Assembly: GCA_964016885.1 (NCBI GenBank)
Contig: OZ024745.1
Span: forward strand, 54,126,001 to 54,190,000
Origin: Eledone cirrhosa
Lineage: Eukaryota
Reading direction: 5' to 3'
Length of the DNA stretch: 64,000 nucleotides
Part shown: positions 14,760-27,384 of the stretch, one piece after another
Numbering within the stretch: the stretch's first letter is position 1
How the letters are laid out: each line of letters starts with the position of its first letter
Program-made: the position numbers and the translations under genes
Notes under the pieces: model-generated
Database searches by the model: none
Told to the model about the DNA's origin: nothing
What the model saw: the letters and a program-made list of their open reading frames with translations, nothing else

Positions 14760-15300
14760 ACATCACTAATGTAAACAGTTACACCCTCAGATAACGTGAG
14801 CGTGGAGATTGTGACTCATAGGTAGTTCAGTCGTCTTGGCCGTGTGAGACGGTGTTGGTTGGTCTACGGTCTCCATTTGCTCACACCCTCTATTCAAGAC
14901 CTCACAGCCCTTCAAGATCTCCATATAGTCATCATTAAGACGTAAAGAAATACCTGAGGAGGTATGACATCTCTATCGTTGCTTACGACTTCCAGAACCA
15001 TCACAGTTGCCGGAAACTTTGTGTGTGTCACCGTTGCATAATCATCTGTCATTCCTTCCGTTGACTTTTGGGTCTTGACCAAAATTTTCTCATGAGAGAA
15101 AAATGAAAGCAATCTAGGCTCTTGATGCTTTAAATTGCTCAACAAGGAGTGTGTTCGAGGAAGACGGTTGTTGTTTCTCTTTAGAAGCATGGACTCTCCT
15201 CTCCACATCATATATAGCATCGTAGGTCCTCAAGTATTATTCTTCTGATTGCCTGCCTTGAAATCGTCCTCTCCTTAGCTATCACTCTAATTCACTTTCC
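14760..15300 (-). mobile_element. Tc1/mariner (DD37D/maT-like) transposase relic
   Basis: FFSHEK...HTKFPATVMVLEVVSNDRDVIPPQVF resembles the FFSDEK...TKFPATVMVLGVVS.EG.VMPP motif; degenerate. Confidence 0.7.
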
Positions 15301-15311
15301 GTGGATCTTAT

Positions 15312-15780
15312 CGTACTAAGAGTGAGAAATTTCATTCCATTTCAATCTTTTCCATTTATCGTTTCCGGTACGCCCGGCCGACTAACTCACTCGATATGCA
15401 AATTAGGCTGCTCAGCCGTTAATATGCATAAGGAAAGTATATACTTTCAAACGTTCATTCATCTGACAGGAAGGAATACGATGCTGACGATAGCTAATAA
15501 GCTTGAAACTAATTCATCGTTCTTTTGTCAGTGTTGAACAAAAGGGCGACGATGGTTGCTGAACACTGTACGGCTTAATTCGGGCTGTTTGTTTACAAAC
15601 AACCCGAACATTATAATAAATGTTCGGTAAACCCATACGTACATATATATGTGTGCAGGTATGCATATATATACATACTACTGTACGTCTGTATACATAT
15701 ATGTATGTACGTATACATACTTACATTTAAGTATCAGCCGTACTAAGAGTGAGAAATGAAATTTCATTTCATTCCTTTCC

Positions 15781-15783
<3 letters not shown>
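15312..15783 (+). mobile_element. ORF-less HHR element, 427-bp unit with terminal redundancy (retrozyme-like / non-autonomous PLE)
   Basis: cgtactaagagtgagaaat occurs at 15312 and 15739. HHR at 15478-15520; ends in (TA)n. Confidence 0.75.
15478..15520 (+). ncRNA. Hammerhead ribozyme (U.U at base of stem II)
   Basis: acgatg CTGACGA t agct aata agct t GAAA ctaa TT catcgt. Stem I is extended by ctgacagg/ttttgtcag. Confidence 0.75.
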
Positions 15784-15855
<72 letters not shown>

Positions 15856-15955
15856 GTAATCTGAGTTTTTCGAATATTAAAAATGATGTTTGTTTGCATA
15901 ATTGCAAACGAATTGAATGTTATTATTAATATGTATGTATATATATATGTATATA

Positions 15956-16040
<85 letters not shown>

Positions 16041-16042
<2 letters not shown>

Positions 16043-16240
16043 CGAAGGAAATGTGGTAAGGAACAAGGTGGACCATAACGCACCAAAGTACTCAATACTT
16101 AGGGTAGTAGAATGGGTAATAGGAACGAGTAGGACCACGACGGCTGAGCTCAAGCCGTTTCGACGGCTAATTCTGGACTAGTCCAGAATTAGCCGTCGAA
16201 ACGGCTTGAGCTCAGCCGTCGGGGTCCTACTCGTTCCTAT
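16041..16240. mobile_element. Fold-back pLTR-like insertion with a 122-bp palindrome containing the 3' half of an HHR
   Basis: Palindrome 16119-16240 (1 mismatch) centred on ggactagtcc. Each arm has GAAA cggct tgagctc agccg TC. Flanked by (TA)n. Confidence 0.75.
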
Positions 16241-16667
16241 ATATATATATATATAAATACAAATAATATATATATATATATGTACCTATATATATGCATA
16301 AATATATGTATAAATATAAGTACATATGCAATAATATATATTTAAAAAAGACATGATGGATAATTAATATAAAATCAGATATATATGTATGTATATATAT
16401 GTGTGTGTATGTGTATGTGTGTGAATGGTGTGTGCGTATATAGTGTATAATAGTGAATGGCATAATTGATGTATTTTATCATGGCTAATAACATGGAGCT
16501 GCATAACTGCTACCAAGGAGTCAATAACATGGATGAAATCCAATATAATTTTGCTCTTTAAAACGATCGTAAAATAATAGATTGAGTAAAAACCAAACCT
16601 TGTCTTATTTTTCATCGTTTAGCTATATATACACCCCCCCCCACACACACACATATATATATATAAG

Positions 16668-17178
16668 TGGAAAAAATGAAACGAAATTTCATTTCTCACT
16701 CTTAGTACGGCTGTTACTTAAATATAAGTATGTATACGTACATACATATATGTATACAGACGTACAGTAGTATGTATATATATACATACATGCACATATA
16801 TATATATATACGTATGGATTTACCGAACATTTATTATAATGCTCGGTTTGTTTGTAAACAAACATCCCGAATTAAGCCGTACAGTGTTTAGCAACCATCG
16901 TCGCCCATTTGTTCAACACTGACAAAGAAACGATGTACTAGTTTCAAGCTTATTAGCTATCGTCAGCACCGTATACCTTCCTGCCAGATGTTTCAACGTC
17001 TGAAAGTATATACTTTCCTTATGCATATTAACGGCTTTGTTTACAAACAAACAGAGCATTATAATAAATGTTCGGTAAATCCATACGTACATATATATAT
17101 ATGTTCATGTATGTATATATATATATACATACTACTGACGTCTGTATACATATATGTCTGTACGTATACATACTTTTA
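16668..17178 (-). mobile_element. Second copy of the 427-bp HHR element, with its own fold-back arm
   Basis: 16668-17036 is the reverse complement of about 15414-15782, and 17037-17178 is a direct copy of its distal part. Confidence 0.85.
16930..16972 (-). ncRNA. Hammerhead ribozyme (intact-looking, GUA site)
   Basis: Reverse complement: acggtg CTGACGA t agct aata agct t GAAA ctag TA catcgt; ACTAGT palindrome. Confidence 0.8.
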
Positions 17179-17491
17179 TATATATATATATATACATACA
17201 TATATATATACATATATATATACATATATATATATATGTATGGTCACGTCAGGTCACTCTTCCGTGCTACTGGTAACATTTAAACCACTACAATTTGTCG
17301 CATGGTCGGTTCGTCGGCGACTAAACTGGCAACCCCACCAATTTACTTGGTGAGGAGGGTGATTTTGGACACCCTGCTGGACAAAAAACAAAACCTGACA
17401 AAGGGCGGAAAAACTGATAAGAGTCAACGGCCTTCCAAAAATGTGTAAATATGTATAAACACATGTACATATGTATATGCGTGTGTATATG

Positions 17492-20400
17492 CCTGGTGTG
17501 TCAGGGAGAGGCATGTACCTCTGTAGGGGGGTGGGGTAGCCATGACCTTTTCAGGCCAGCTTGTCCTGCATTGGGTCCCACCTGACACTCAGCTCTCACC
17601 TGTGCCCCAAGAAGCTGTAGCATGCGACAGCGGCCACACCCTGGTAAACCGCCTTGGCTGGCAGGCCGAACCAGGTTGAGGGTAGCCGGCCGGGTCTGAA
17701 ACCCCCCCCCGCTGAGTTAGATAGGGAATGCCCACCCCTGCATGCGAAAACTGGACCCGACGGAGTGAGTGGAGGAGGACATCATCGTCCCAACGGTCAC
17801 GAAGGCGGCGACAGCAAGCGGTGTGGAGCGCTAGGGCACGGCAAGGCACTACAGACGTTGTGGCCATCCACTGCAGCCAAGGAAGTCCCTGGTCGTGACG
17901 GTTCTCCGTACCACCGGATTCTGGCTTCTGCGGCCGAGTGAGTGGGACCGTCACTGTGCACTGGCCCTTCCACTATAAACCTTTCCCGCACAGGTTTCTT
18001 CTTTTAGTCTGCACTCCCAAAGCCCTGCAAAGATGGGCGAGAGGCGGAGGTAAAACAGGTGGAGGTAACCTCAGGGAGTTGCCAGTCTCAAACCTACACG
18101 TGGGCGGCCTGGATGCGCAAGTCGTTCTCGTCCTGACCCTGGGATGACAGAGGAGATCATGTATTCCACCGGGCGACTGAGCAGCCCTTTTCAGGGGAGC
18201 ACTGCTCACCCTCGCACGAGGGTTGGGGCGATAAAAGGAGCCCTAACCAAATGCTCGTCCCACACAAAGCCGGCCAGTCTACCGCGGCTGGTGGTTTTAC
18301 ACATAAGCGGCCGAAAGAACATAATAGAAAGAAGAACTTGATTCTTAGCGCATGGAACGTGCGCACCATCATGGATAGGGAAACCTCCTTGAGGCCAGAG
18401 AGAAGAACTGCCCTCATAGCAAGGGAATTAGCTCGCTACCGGATCAACATAACCGCCCTCATCGAGACTAGACTTGCCGAAGAAGGATCAGTAGCAGAAA
18501 CGAAAGGAGGCTACATCTTCTTCTGGAAGGGCAATGCAAAGGACGAGGACAGAAACCACGGGGTAGCCCTGACCATCAGGACTTCATTCTGCAAGCAGCT
18601 ACCAGACCTCCCAACACCTGTGAGGGAGCGGCTGATGAAGTTCCGCTTCCCACTTGACCCATTTCGGCATGTCACAGTCATCAGCGCGTACTCTCACTCT
18701 CACCAGCAGCGATGAAGCAAAGGACGCTTTCTACGGGGAACTCAACGCACTCGTGAAGGGCGTCCCCTCAAGCGATAAACTCATCCTACTGGGGGACTTC
18801 AACGCAAGAGTCGGGTCTGACAGCAGCAACTGGAGAAGCGTGCTGGGACCACTACAACACAGGAAAGCTGAACTCTAACGGCCTCATACTGTTGAGTTTC
18901 TGCGCCGAGAACGACCAGACCATCACCAGCACACTGTTCCGCCAGGCAGACTAATTGACTTTGCCATATGCCGCAGGAGGGACATCCGTGGACCATGTGT
19001 CGTGCAGAGTGTTGGACCGACCATCGCCTTGTCAGGACCATCCCATCAATGCACATCACCCCGACGCCTCGCAAGACTCCGAAAGTCTGTAGGCCAGCTT
19101 TCGACGTCACACGACTCAAGCAGCCAGAGCATCGTGATGCGTTCGCGGAAGACCTGGACGGCCGGCTGCCCATGGACCACTGACCGGACCTCCAACTCAA
19201 CAGTGGGACCAGTTCAGGTCGCTAGTGACAGAGTCAGCCAAGGCAACCATCGGGCCAAGGAAAAGAGTCCACCAGGACTGGTTTGATGAAAACGATGAGC
19301 GCATCAGACAACTCCTGGACGTGAAGAGGAGGGCTTTCATTGAGTGGCAGAATGACAGCTCTTCCACCTCGTATCCCAACCGCTTCAAGCACATCCAGCG
19401 GCAGACCCAAGCAGCGCTACGCAGAATGCAGGACAAGTGGTGGGAAAAGAAGGCCGAAGAAGTCGAGAGATACGCTGACACAAAGAACTCCAAAGTGTTC
19501 TTCAGCGCCATCGGGGACGTCTACGGACGCCCCAACCCTGTCACCACACCGCTGCTGTCTGCTGACGGCTCGATCCTGCTGAAGGAGAAGAGCAGCATAA
19601 ACTCGAGGTGGAGAGAGAGCACTTCAGTAACCTGCTCAACAGGCCTCCACTGTCCACCCTGCCGCCCTAGACCAGGTCCCACAGAAGCCCGTGGTCGGCA
19701 GCATCGACCCCCCCCCCCACGTTGGAAGTCACGAAGGCAATCAAACAGTCATGCTCAACCGCCTCATTGCCAACATCTCGGAGGACAACCTGCCTGAGGC
19801 CTAGTGTGGGTTCCGCCGAAATCGCAGCACGATCAACATGATCTTCTCTGTACGCCAGGTACAGGAGAAGTGTGTCGAGCAGAACATGGACCTCTTTGCC
19901 GTCTTCATAGACTTGACGAAGGCATTCGACACTGTCAACAGGGAGGCCCTCTGGTCGATCCTGTCGAAATTTGGATGCCCAATAAAGTTTGTGAACCTGA
20001 TACGGCAATTCCATGACGACGTGACTGGGCAGGTGTGCTCGGGCGGAGAGGCATCGAACCCGTTCGGAATCACCAACGGCGTCAAGCAAGGATGCGTGCT
20101 GGCTCCCGTCCTCTTCAACCTGTTCCTCACCTGCGTGCTCAGTCATGCCGCCAGGGACCTCGAGCACGGAGTGTATGTGCGATACAGACTGCACGGCTCC
20201 CTGTTTGACCTGCGGCGCGTGACGGCCAAGACTAGGACCGTGCAGAGGATCGTCCCGGAGGCACTTTTTGCTGACGACTGTGCCCTCATGGCCCACAGGG
20301 AGTCTGACCTCCAACTCATCGTCAACAAGTTCGCGGAGGCCTTCTGCCTCTTCGGTCTCACATTTAGCCCTGGCAAGACTGAGGTCCTATTCCAGCCTGC

Positions 20401-21044
20401 ACCTGAATCCGTCGCCCACCCTCCTTCAATCTCCATCGGAGGCACCCAGCTAAAGACGGTGGACGACTTCAAGTACCTCAGCAGCGATGAAAGCCTCGAG
20501 AAGGAGATAAACGCCAGAATCTGCAAGGCCAGTCAAGCCCTCGGCCGCCTGAGGATACGCGTCCTGAACCAGCACAACATCAGGAAGTCCACCAAGCTCA
20601 AGGTGTACAGGGCCGTTGTTCTCACCAGCCTCCTCTACGGATGTGAGACATAGACCCTGTACAGAAGGCACCTGAAGCAGCTGAAACGGTTCCACATGCG
20701 CAATGGGAAACGAAAGCGGGGCAGGCCTCTCAAGAGGTTCAAAGACTGCGTGAAGCCCAGTATCAACAACACTGGAATCGCTCCAAAACAACTCGAATCT
20801 GATGCTCAGGACAGGACTGAGTGGCGAGCCCTTACCAGACGCGCCAAAGACTCTTTTGAAGAGAAGAGACGGGCAGAGGTCACTGAGGCTCGTGAAAGGA
20901 GGAGAAAGGTATCAACAGCTGCCCCAAGCGACTCCTGTCCCTGGACCTGCAAGTCAAGGATCGGCTTCCACAGCCATATTCATGCCCATGGCAGACGGGA
21001 ACTAAAGTAAAGATGTCATCATCGTTTACGATGGACAACCAAGA
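17492..21044 (+). mobile_element. RTE-clade (BovB-like) LINE, near full length, GC-rich, decayed
   Basis: APE endonuclease (AWNVRT..RPERRTALIARELARY, LGDFNARVG, WTDHRLV) and RT (FIDLTKAFDTV, GVKQGCVLAP, LFADDCAL). It has a long 5' UTR, frameshifts and two internal deletions, and ends at (TA)n. Confidence 0.92.
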
Positions 21045-21047
21045 ATA

Positions 21048-21150
<103 letters not shown>

Positions 21151-21299
21151 ATACTTTGGGAGGGTCATGTTGCCAATAAGAAACACACGCACCAATTGCT
21201 TTCACTTCAATTTATTATAATAAATTTATAATAAATTTATAAATTTATAAATTTCTGGTTGGTTGGTTGGTTTCACAACCAGATAGTTGTTTATATATT

Positions 21300-21342
21300 G
21301 TCATAGTCCTTTCGTCACACACTCTGTGACCTCTTCAGTGAC
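21300..21342 (-). ncRNA. Minimal hammerhead ribozyme (inverted pLTR)
   Basis: Reverse complement: gtca CTGAAGA g gtcaca gagtg tgtgac GAAA ggac TA tgac. Confidence 0.8.
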
Positions 21343-21631
21343 TGGGGATTCCTTTCTTTGTTTCTGTGCCTCTCCTTTGTTCTGTCCTACGCCATTTTGT
21401 TTCTGTGTGTGTGTTGTGTGCTCAGTCTGCGCATGCGCCACATCCGGGTGTCTGTGTGTGTTTATGTTCATTTATTTATTTGTTTATTTACATGTTGCTG
21501 GTTGGTTGTTTGTTCTATGTGTGTGTGTGTTTTCATTTTGTCCTTAATTGTAAGTTGTGATGTTGCTGTTCCACTCATATTTTCTATTTAATTTTGGTTG
21601 TAATTCTTTTATGTTTATTGCCTCTTTTATG

Positions 21632-22678
21632 TTAAAGTGGCTTAAGCAGATAAAGCTAAATCAGGATACTATAGAGAATACCAATAGATATCCCAACAAA
21701 ATTGACGATATAAATATGGCCGACACCTCATTAACAGATGAGTTCAACAACAACAACAACACAAATATATAGGGAAACACAATAATAGATAATGATGAGT
21801 TATCTGTGTTGTGTTTACCCCCGAAATTTGCGACATTCAAGAAGGTAAATATGATTAGTTGTCTGTCAGAAATAGAAAAATCATTTACAAAACTACGCTG
21901 GAGCCTCAAAAACAAAAACAAAAACAAAAGCAACAATATACGCACACGCATATACAACACACATCCCAACAACAACAGACACACAGACACAAACAACAAT
22001 AACAACAACACACACACCAACAACAACAACAATAACAACATACCCAGAAACAACAACAACAGACACGCAGACACAAACAACAATAACAACACACACAACA
22101 ACAATAACACACACGGAGACAACAACAACACACATCAACAACAGCACACATCAACAACAACAACACACACACATTCAATGCCTCTCACCACCACCACAAT
22201 CTTAACAAACACACAGACACAGAAAACAAGTAATGACAGTAGCACAGAAATCACAGAAATAAGGGAAAGTAATAGGATTAAAAGGAGAAGGGAGACTAAG
22301 GACAAAGAAAATAACCAAGACGAACACACAGACACACAAAATAGGGTAGATAACAACAATGAGCCAGTGGAAAGAGACAGGAGTAATTATGAGAGACATA
22401 GAAACAACCATGAGGCTGTTGGTGGAAATAGAAATAGAAACAACACAACTAACAATAACAATAGCACTAGTACACATAAAGCAGCAACCTGGAACTCTAC
22501 GTTTTATAATCCCTCCGATAAATCGTTCGACCTGCGACGAGTCCACGCCACGACTTTACCGTTTAACAAACGCACGCAATTGCCGTAGCAGGTCGATGAA
22601 CAAACAGAAGCACAATTTAGTATAGCTAGATCCGAACTTAGAAATATTATAGAACAGTATAGCAAGAAGTATAATAGA
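21632..22678 (+). pseudogene. N-terminal part of the PLE ORF, in frame with 22679-24874 but broken by two TAG codons
   Basis: Same frame throughout, with TAG at 21770-21772 and 22586-22588. PLE N-terminal motifs LCLPPKFA, EIEKSFTKLRW and FDLRRVHATTLPFNKR, plus an Asn/Thr/His-rich insert. Confidence 0.8.
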
Positions 22679-24874
22679 ATGGAGGCCCAGCAACTGGGAG
22701 AAAAATCTGCAAATGGCTTGCGTAAGCTCATGCAGCGCTCGCGTAATGGAGAGATAGCATGCTTTCCAACAGACAAGTCTGGCAGAATGTCGGTTGACAG
22801 CCTGCCAAACTACATCCAGGCAATGCAACCCCACATCACTAACACAAGAGAGGTAACACCACAGGAGCATGAGGATAGAGAAAAAGCCCTCAATGCCCAT
22901 ATGGTGATGTGGACGAATATAATGCAGCCCAACAAAAGGACTGTCAACAACTTCCAGGCCTGGAACAATGACGTGCCGGCGTTGTATGGGCTTCGAAAAG
23001 AGCATAAAACGGGCAGTGACCCTGTCGCGGGACCATCAACACGGCCAGTCAGTGGAGCTAACATTGCTAGTAAATACAGACTGTCTTACTTCCTCTCCCT
23101 GATCATACGCCCCATCATTGAAATGTCCCCAGATGTATGTGACAGCACGGAGGACCTCCTCAGCAGAATCGGCGTGAGTAACCGATCTAGGGACCTAACA
23201 AACTGCATAATAGGCAGTATGGATGTTGTGTCCCTGTATCCATCTATTGACGTGGATTTTGCTGTGAAGAAATGCGTAGAAATGATCAGTGAGAGCAAGG
23301 TTGAGTTCCGTGGGATTGATACCAGTGAGCTGGGACTCCTACTTAAACTTACCTATAGTAATAATTACCTAGACACATATGACCTTAGCAACCTGTGCCC
23401 TACAAGACCAGCAAGAGGCAGACAACCTACCATTACCTCAATGGCCAAGAAAACCCACACAGATAGATGGAACGGGTGGACCAGAGCCATACGGACACCC
23501 GAAAACCACGATGAACTGAAGAAAATGATTGCACATGCGGTAGGGGCCAGCATAAAACTAACCCTTAAGGAACATATGTTCAAATTTAATGGAAAAACAT
23601 ATGGCCAAGAGGAAGGAGCAGCCATTGGTGTTAGCATTGCAGGCGACATAGCTAACTTATTCATGGTATGGTGGGACAGTAGACTTAAACTTAAACTTAA
23701 TGAACAATTAGAAGACCCCTTAACCCTGATAATGTACTCCCGCTACGTTGATGATATAAACATCGTAGTTAAGATACCCCCACTAGAGAACAGTCAGGAA
23801 CTAGAGAAAAACACAATGGAAAGCATCCAGCAAATAGCAAACTCCATCCACCAGAACATTAGAGTTACTATAGACTACCCAAGTAAACACCCCAACCATC
23901 GATTACCTGTACTAGACACAGAGCTCTGGTTAGATACCGTTAACAACAAAAAACAAATCCTCCATTCCCATTATGCCAAACCCATGACTTCCAAACATCT
24001 GATCCACCGAAACTCGGCCGTTTCGGACCATACCAAAATCAACATACTGATTGCGGATTTGGTACGGGTGATGAGAAATGTGTCCCGCATGTGCAACCCC
24101 GAAGAACTAGAGAGACACATGCAACACTTCATCCACCGTATGCAGTTCTCTGGCTACAATCAGAGAGATAAAATCAGAGTGTATAGAGGAGCCAGAACCA
24201 AATGGGAAAAAATGGTAAATAATGACATAAATGGGACCTGCCCCTTGTATAGGAGAAAATTTTGGAATAGAATAGAAAGAACTAGGAACAAGGCTAATAG
24301 AATAAACTCATGGTATGATAGCAATAAATACCAGAGTGTAATGTTCATCGATACAACCCCTAGAGGTGAATTAGCTTACAAATTTAGAAGGGCCCTAAAT
24401 AAACATAAACTCAATATTAAGATAGTAGAAAGACCAGGTACCTCCGTAAAAACACTTATTAGCAAGACATACCCTTTTCAAAGACCCTCATGTATAGATA
24501 AAAAATGTATAACCTGTAAAATAAGCCCCCATATTAACTGTAAAACTAGAAATGTAGTGTATAGCATAAGATGTACTGAAGGACAATGTAGAGACAAAAA
24601 TATAGTGTACATAGGTGAGACAGCTCGTAATGTAAGGGAACGGATAAATCAACACTGGCGAGACCTTCAGGATAGTAAAGAATCATCTGTACTCTACCAA
24701 CATGCTAAAATAGAACACAAGGGTAAATTAGAGAACATAGAAATAAAAATAGAATCTACACACAGAAAAGACGCAATGTTTAGACAAATTACAGAGGCAA
24801 TAAACATAAAAGAATTACAACCAAAATTAAATAGAAAATATGAGTGGAACAGCAACATCACAACTTACAATTAA
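22679..24874 (+). CDS. PLE reverse transcriptase + C-terminal GIY-YIG endonuclease (731-aa open frame)
   Basis: TDKSGR, MDVVSLYPSI, EGAAIGVSIAGDIANLFMVWWD, RYVDD, LPVLD, CIDKKCITC and VVYSIRC..YIGETARNVRERINQH..H...H..E..LN. Confidence 0.93.
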   Translation: MEAQQLGEKSANGLRKLMQRSRNGEIACFPTDKSGRMSVDSLPNYIQAMQPHITNTREVTPQEHEDREKALNAHMVMWTNIMQPNKRTVNNFQAWNNDVPALYGLRKEHKTGSDPVAGPSTRPVSGANIASKYRLSYFLSLIIRPIIEMSPDVCDSTEDLLSRIGVSNRSRDLTNCIIGSMDVVSLYPSIDVDFAVKKCVEMISESKVEFRGIDTSELGLLLKLTYSNNYLDTYDLSNLCPTRPARGRQPTITSMAKKTHTDRWNGWTRAIRTPENHDELKKMIAHAVGASIKLTLKEHMFKFNGKTYGQEEGAAIGVSIAGDIANLFMVWWDSRLKLKLNEQLEDPLTLIMYSRYVDDINIVVKIPPLENSQELEKNTMESIQQIANSIHQNIRVTIDYPSKHPNHRLPVLDTELWLDTVNNKKQILHSHYAKPMTSKHLIHRNSAVSDHTKINILIADLVRVMRNVSRMCNPEELERHMQHFIHRMQFSGYNQRDKIRVYRGARTKWEKMVNNDINGTCPLYRRKFWNRIERTRNKANRINSWYDSNKYQSVMFIDTTPRGELAYKFRRALNKHKLNIKIVERPGTSVKTLISKTYPFQRPSCIDKKCITCKISPHINCKTRNVVYSIRCTEGQCRDKNIVYIGETARNVRERINQHWRDLQDSKESSVLYQHAKIEHKGKLENIEIKIESTHRKDAMFRQITEAINIKELQPKLNRKYEWNSNITTYN

Positions 24875-25075
24875 GGACAAAATGAAAACACACACACACA
24901 TAGAACAAACAACCAACCAGCAACATGTAAATAAACAAATAAATAAATGAACATAAACACACACAGACACCCGGATGTGGCGCATGCGCAGACTGAGCAC
25001 ACAACACACACACAGAAACAAAATGGCGTAGGACAGAACAAAGGAGAGGCACAGAAACAAAGAAAGGAATCCCCA

Positions 25076-25118
25076 GTCACTGAAGAGGTCACATAGTGTG
25101 TGACGAAAGAACTATGAC
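25076..25118 (+). ncRNA. Minimal hammerhead ribozyme (3' pLTR)
   Basis: gtca CTGAAGA g gtcaca tagtg tgtgac GAAA gaac TA tgac. Confidence 0.8.
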
Positions 25119-25329
25119 AATATATAAACAACTATCTGGTTGTGGAACCAACCAACTAACCAGAAATTTATAAATTTATAAATTTATTATAAATTTATTA
25201 TAATAAATTGAAGTGAAAGCAATTGGTGCGTGTGTTTCTTATTGGCAACATGACCCTCCCAAAGTATAACAATATCGGTTTCAACACACGATTTCAGATA
25301 AAGAATCTTGCTAAACAAATTCAGAAACG

Positions 25330-25402
<73 letters not shown>

Positions 25403-25851
25403 AGTGTGTGGGTGTGTGTGTATGTGTCTGTGGGTGTGTGGGTGTATGTGTGAGTGGGTGTGTGATTCTGTGAGTGTGTGTGTGCGTATGTCCAAATATA
25501 ACACATATATAAAATATATATATTCTGCACGGAATGAACTGAAAATATACCAAGTTGTGCTTATCAGTGTGCGTTAAAAATTGTTGAGAGCTGTTGTGTA
25601 AAGAATTTATATTACAAAGTGTTTTTGCCAGAAACGTATATTTTGGATACAAATAAGAATAGAAACAAATCTATTTCGAGGAAAAATCTCTTTGGTGATT
25701 CCTGTTGATGAGGTATATATGAGTATATGAGTGAGTTGACATATATGTGCATATCTCACAGAAACATAACTATCCCCATGTTAGTATGATATATATATAT
25801 ATTAGATAGTTACGTACTGGTTTTCTTCCAAGATCATTCCGTTTACATCAC

Positions 25852-25893
<42 letters not shown>

Positions 25894-25894
25894 C

Positions 25895-25986
<92 letters not shown>

Positions 25987-26129
25987 GTGTGTGTGTGAGC
26001 GTATGTACAAAAATATATCTATATATAAGCATATATGTTGATATATGTATATACATTATGATGATTGTGAGTTTTAACTAGACTTTTTAATTTGATTATT
26101 ACCTGTAGCTCTCTCTCTCTTCCCCACCC

Positions 26130-26183
<54 letters not shown>

Positions 26184-26215
26184 ATATATATGTGTGTATA
26201 TATATACTATATATA

Positions 26216-26312
<97 letters not shown>

Positions 26313-27384
26313 CACACATATATATATATATATACACACGTATACACATTCACAGTATACTGTGTTATGTATATACATATATTTAAGTTTTCTAAATCTA
26401 TTGAATATCTAATTCTTGTTATTTTTTTCCCCCCAAAGTACGAAAGGAAATTGAATTAAATTTAATGAGAAATCGCTTTCGAGTGGGAATAGTAACGAAC
26501 AGTTCAAATTAGCAAGGTTATCTTTTGTGATTTGTGATTTTAGGCCTCTCATACTCTTTCTTCTTTTATTTCAACATTAATGGTATACATAAGGTTAGGG
26601 TGTGGCGTGAAAGGTTGAGAGAACGAAAATTCTTTTAAAGCTACTTGAGCAACGAACATGGCGGAGCAGATTTCTTTGTAAGTATATTCCACTTGGTTAA
26701 CACTTCCACTTTTCCTAACTTCTATTTCATACCGCACCTCACCACCACCACATTCCCATATATAAATATATCTAAATACACACATATATAAACACAAACA
26801 CCCCACACCACACACACATATATATAACTCCATAAGTTTATTGCAAATAAACCTATGTGTTTGTGCATACAACCTCACACGAATTCATATACATACGCAT
26901 ATTCAACGATTTTATGACCTATAATATTTACAACTTCGAATTTATGAATATTTGAATATTGTACGAAGTGATTTTTCTTGTATCAAAGTTTTTGCTAAAA
27001 CATGTATATAAAAAATACCATCTGCTTTTATTTCATACCCTCATTTGGCTTTGAAATATTTCAATTCGAAATTGCATATCAGCTTCCTTTGAATTTTATT
27101 TATTTCTATGAAGAAACATTTTTAATAAATAGATAAATAAATAAAAAAAAAATGAATACATAAACATGTGTGCATGTATGTCTATATGGTTGATACATTT
27201 ATTCTGCAACAATCTGATTCCTTGCTCGATATTAGGCAGAGAATATGAATAAGCAACACTGGAATTTGCTTCCTAATGGCTAATGCTCGGCGAATTGTCC
27301 AAAGTTCAACGGAAAATTATTAAATATAAACGTAAATATATAAAGAAAAGATGGCAAATTGTGGTATTCTTTCCAGATCACGAC

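Noticed and set aside
15396-15403. Octamer ATGCAAAT in the 427-bp unit
   Set aside because: A single 8-mer in AT-rich DNA with no recognisable PSE or TATA context.
17239-17335. Possible HDV-like ribozyme upstream of the RTE element (cac tcttcc gtg ... gcgaCTAA)
   Set aside because: I could not build a convincing P1 and P4 by eye; it needs a motif search.
25248-25296. Possible SECIS (ATGA...AA...GA) in the Naiad-like pLTR
   Set aside because: There is no complementary helix between ATGA and GA, and the ORF has no in-frame UGA.
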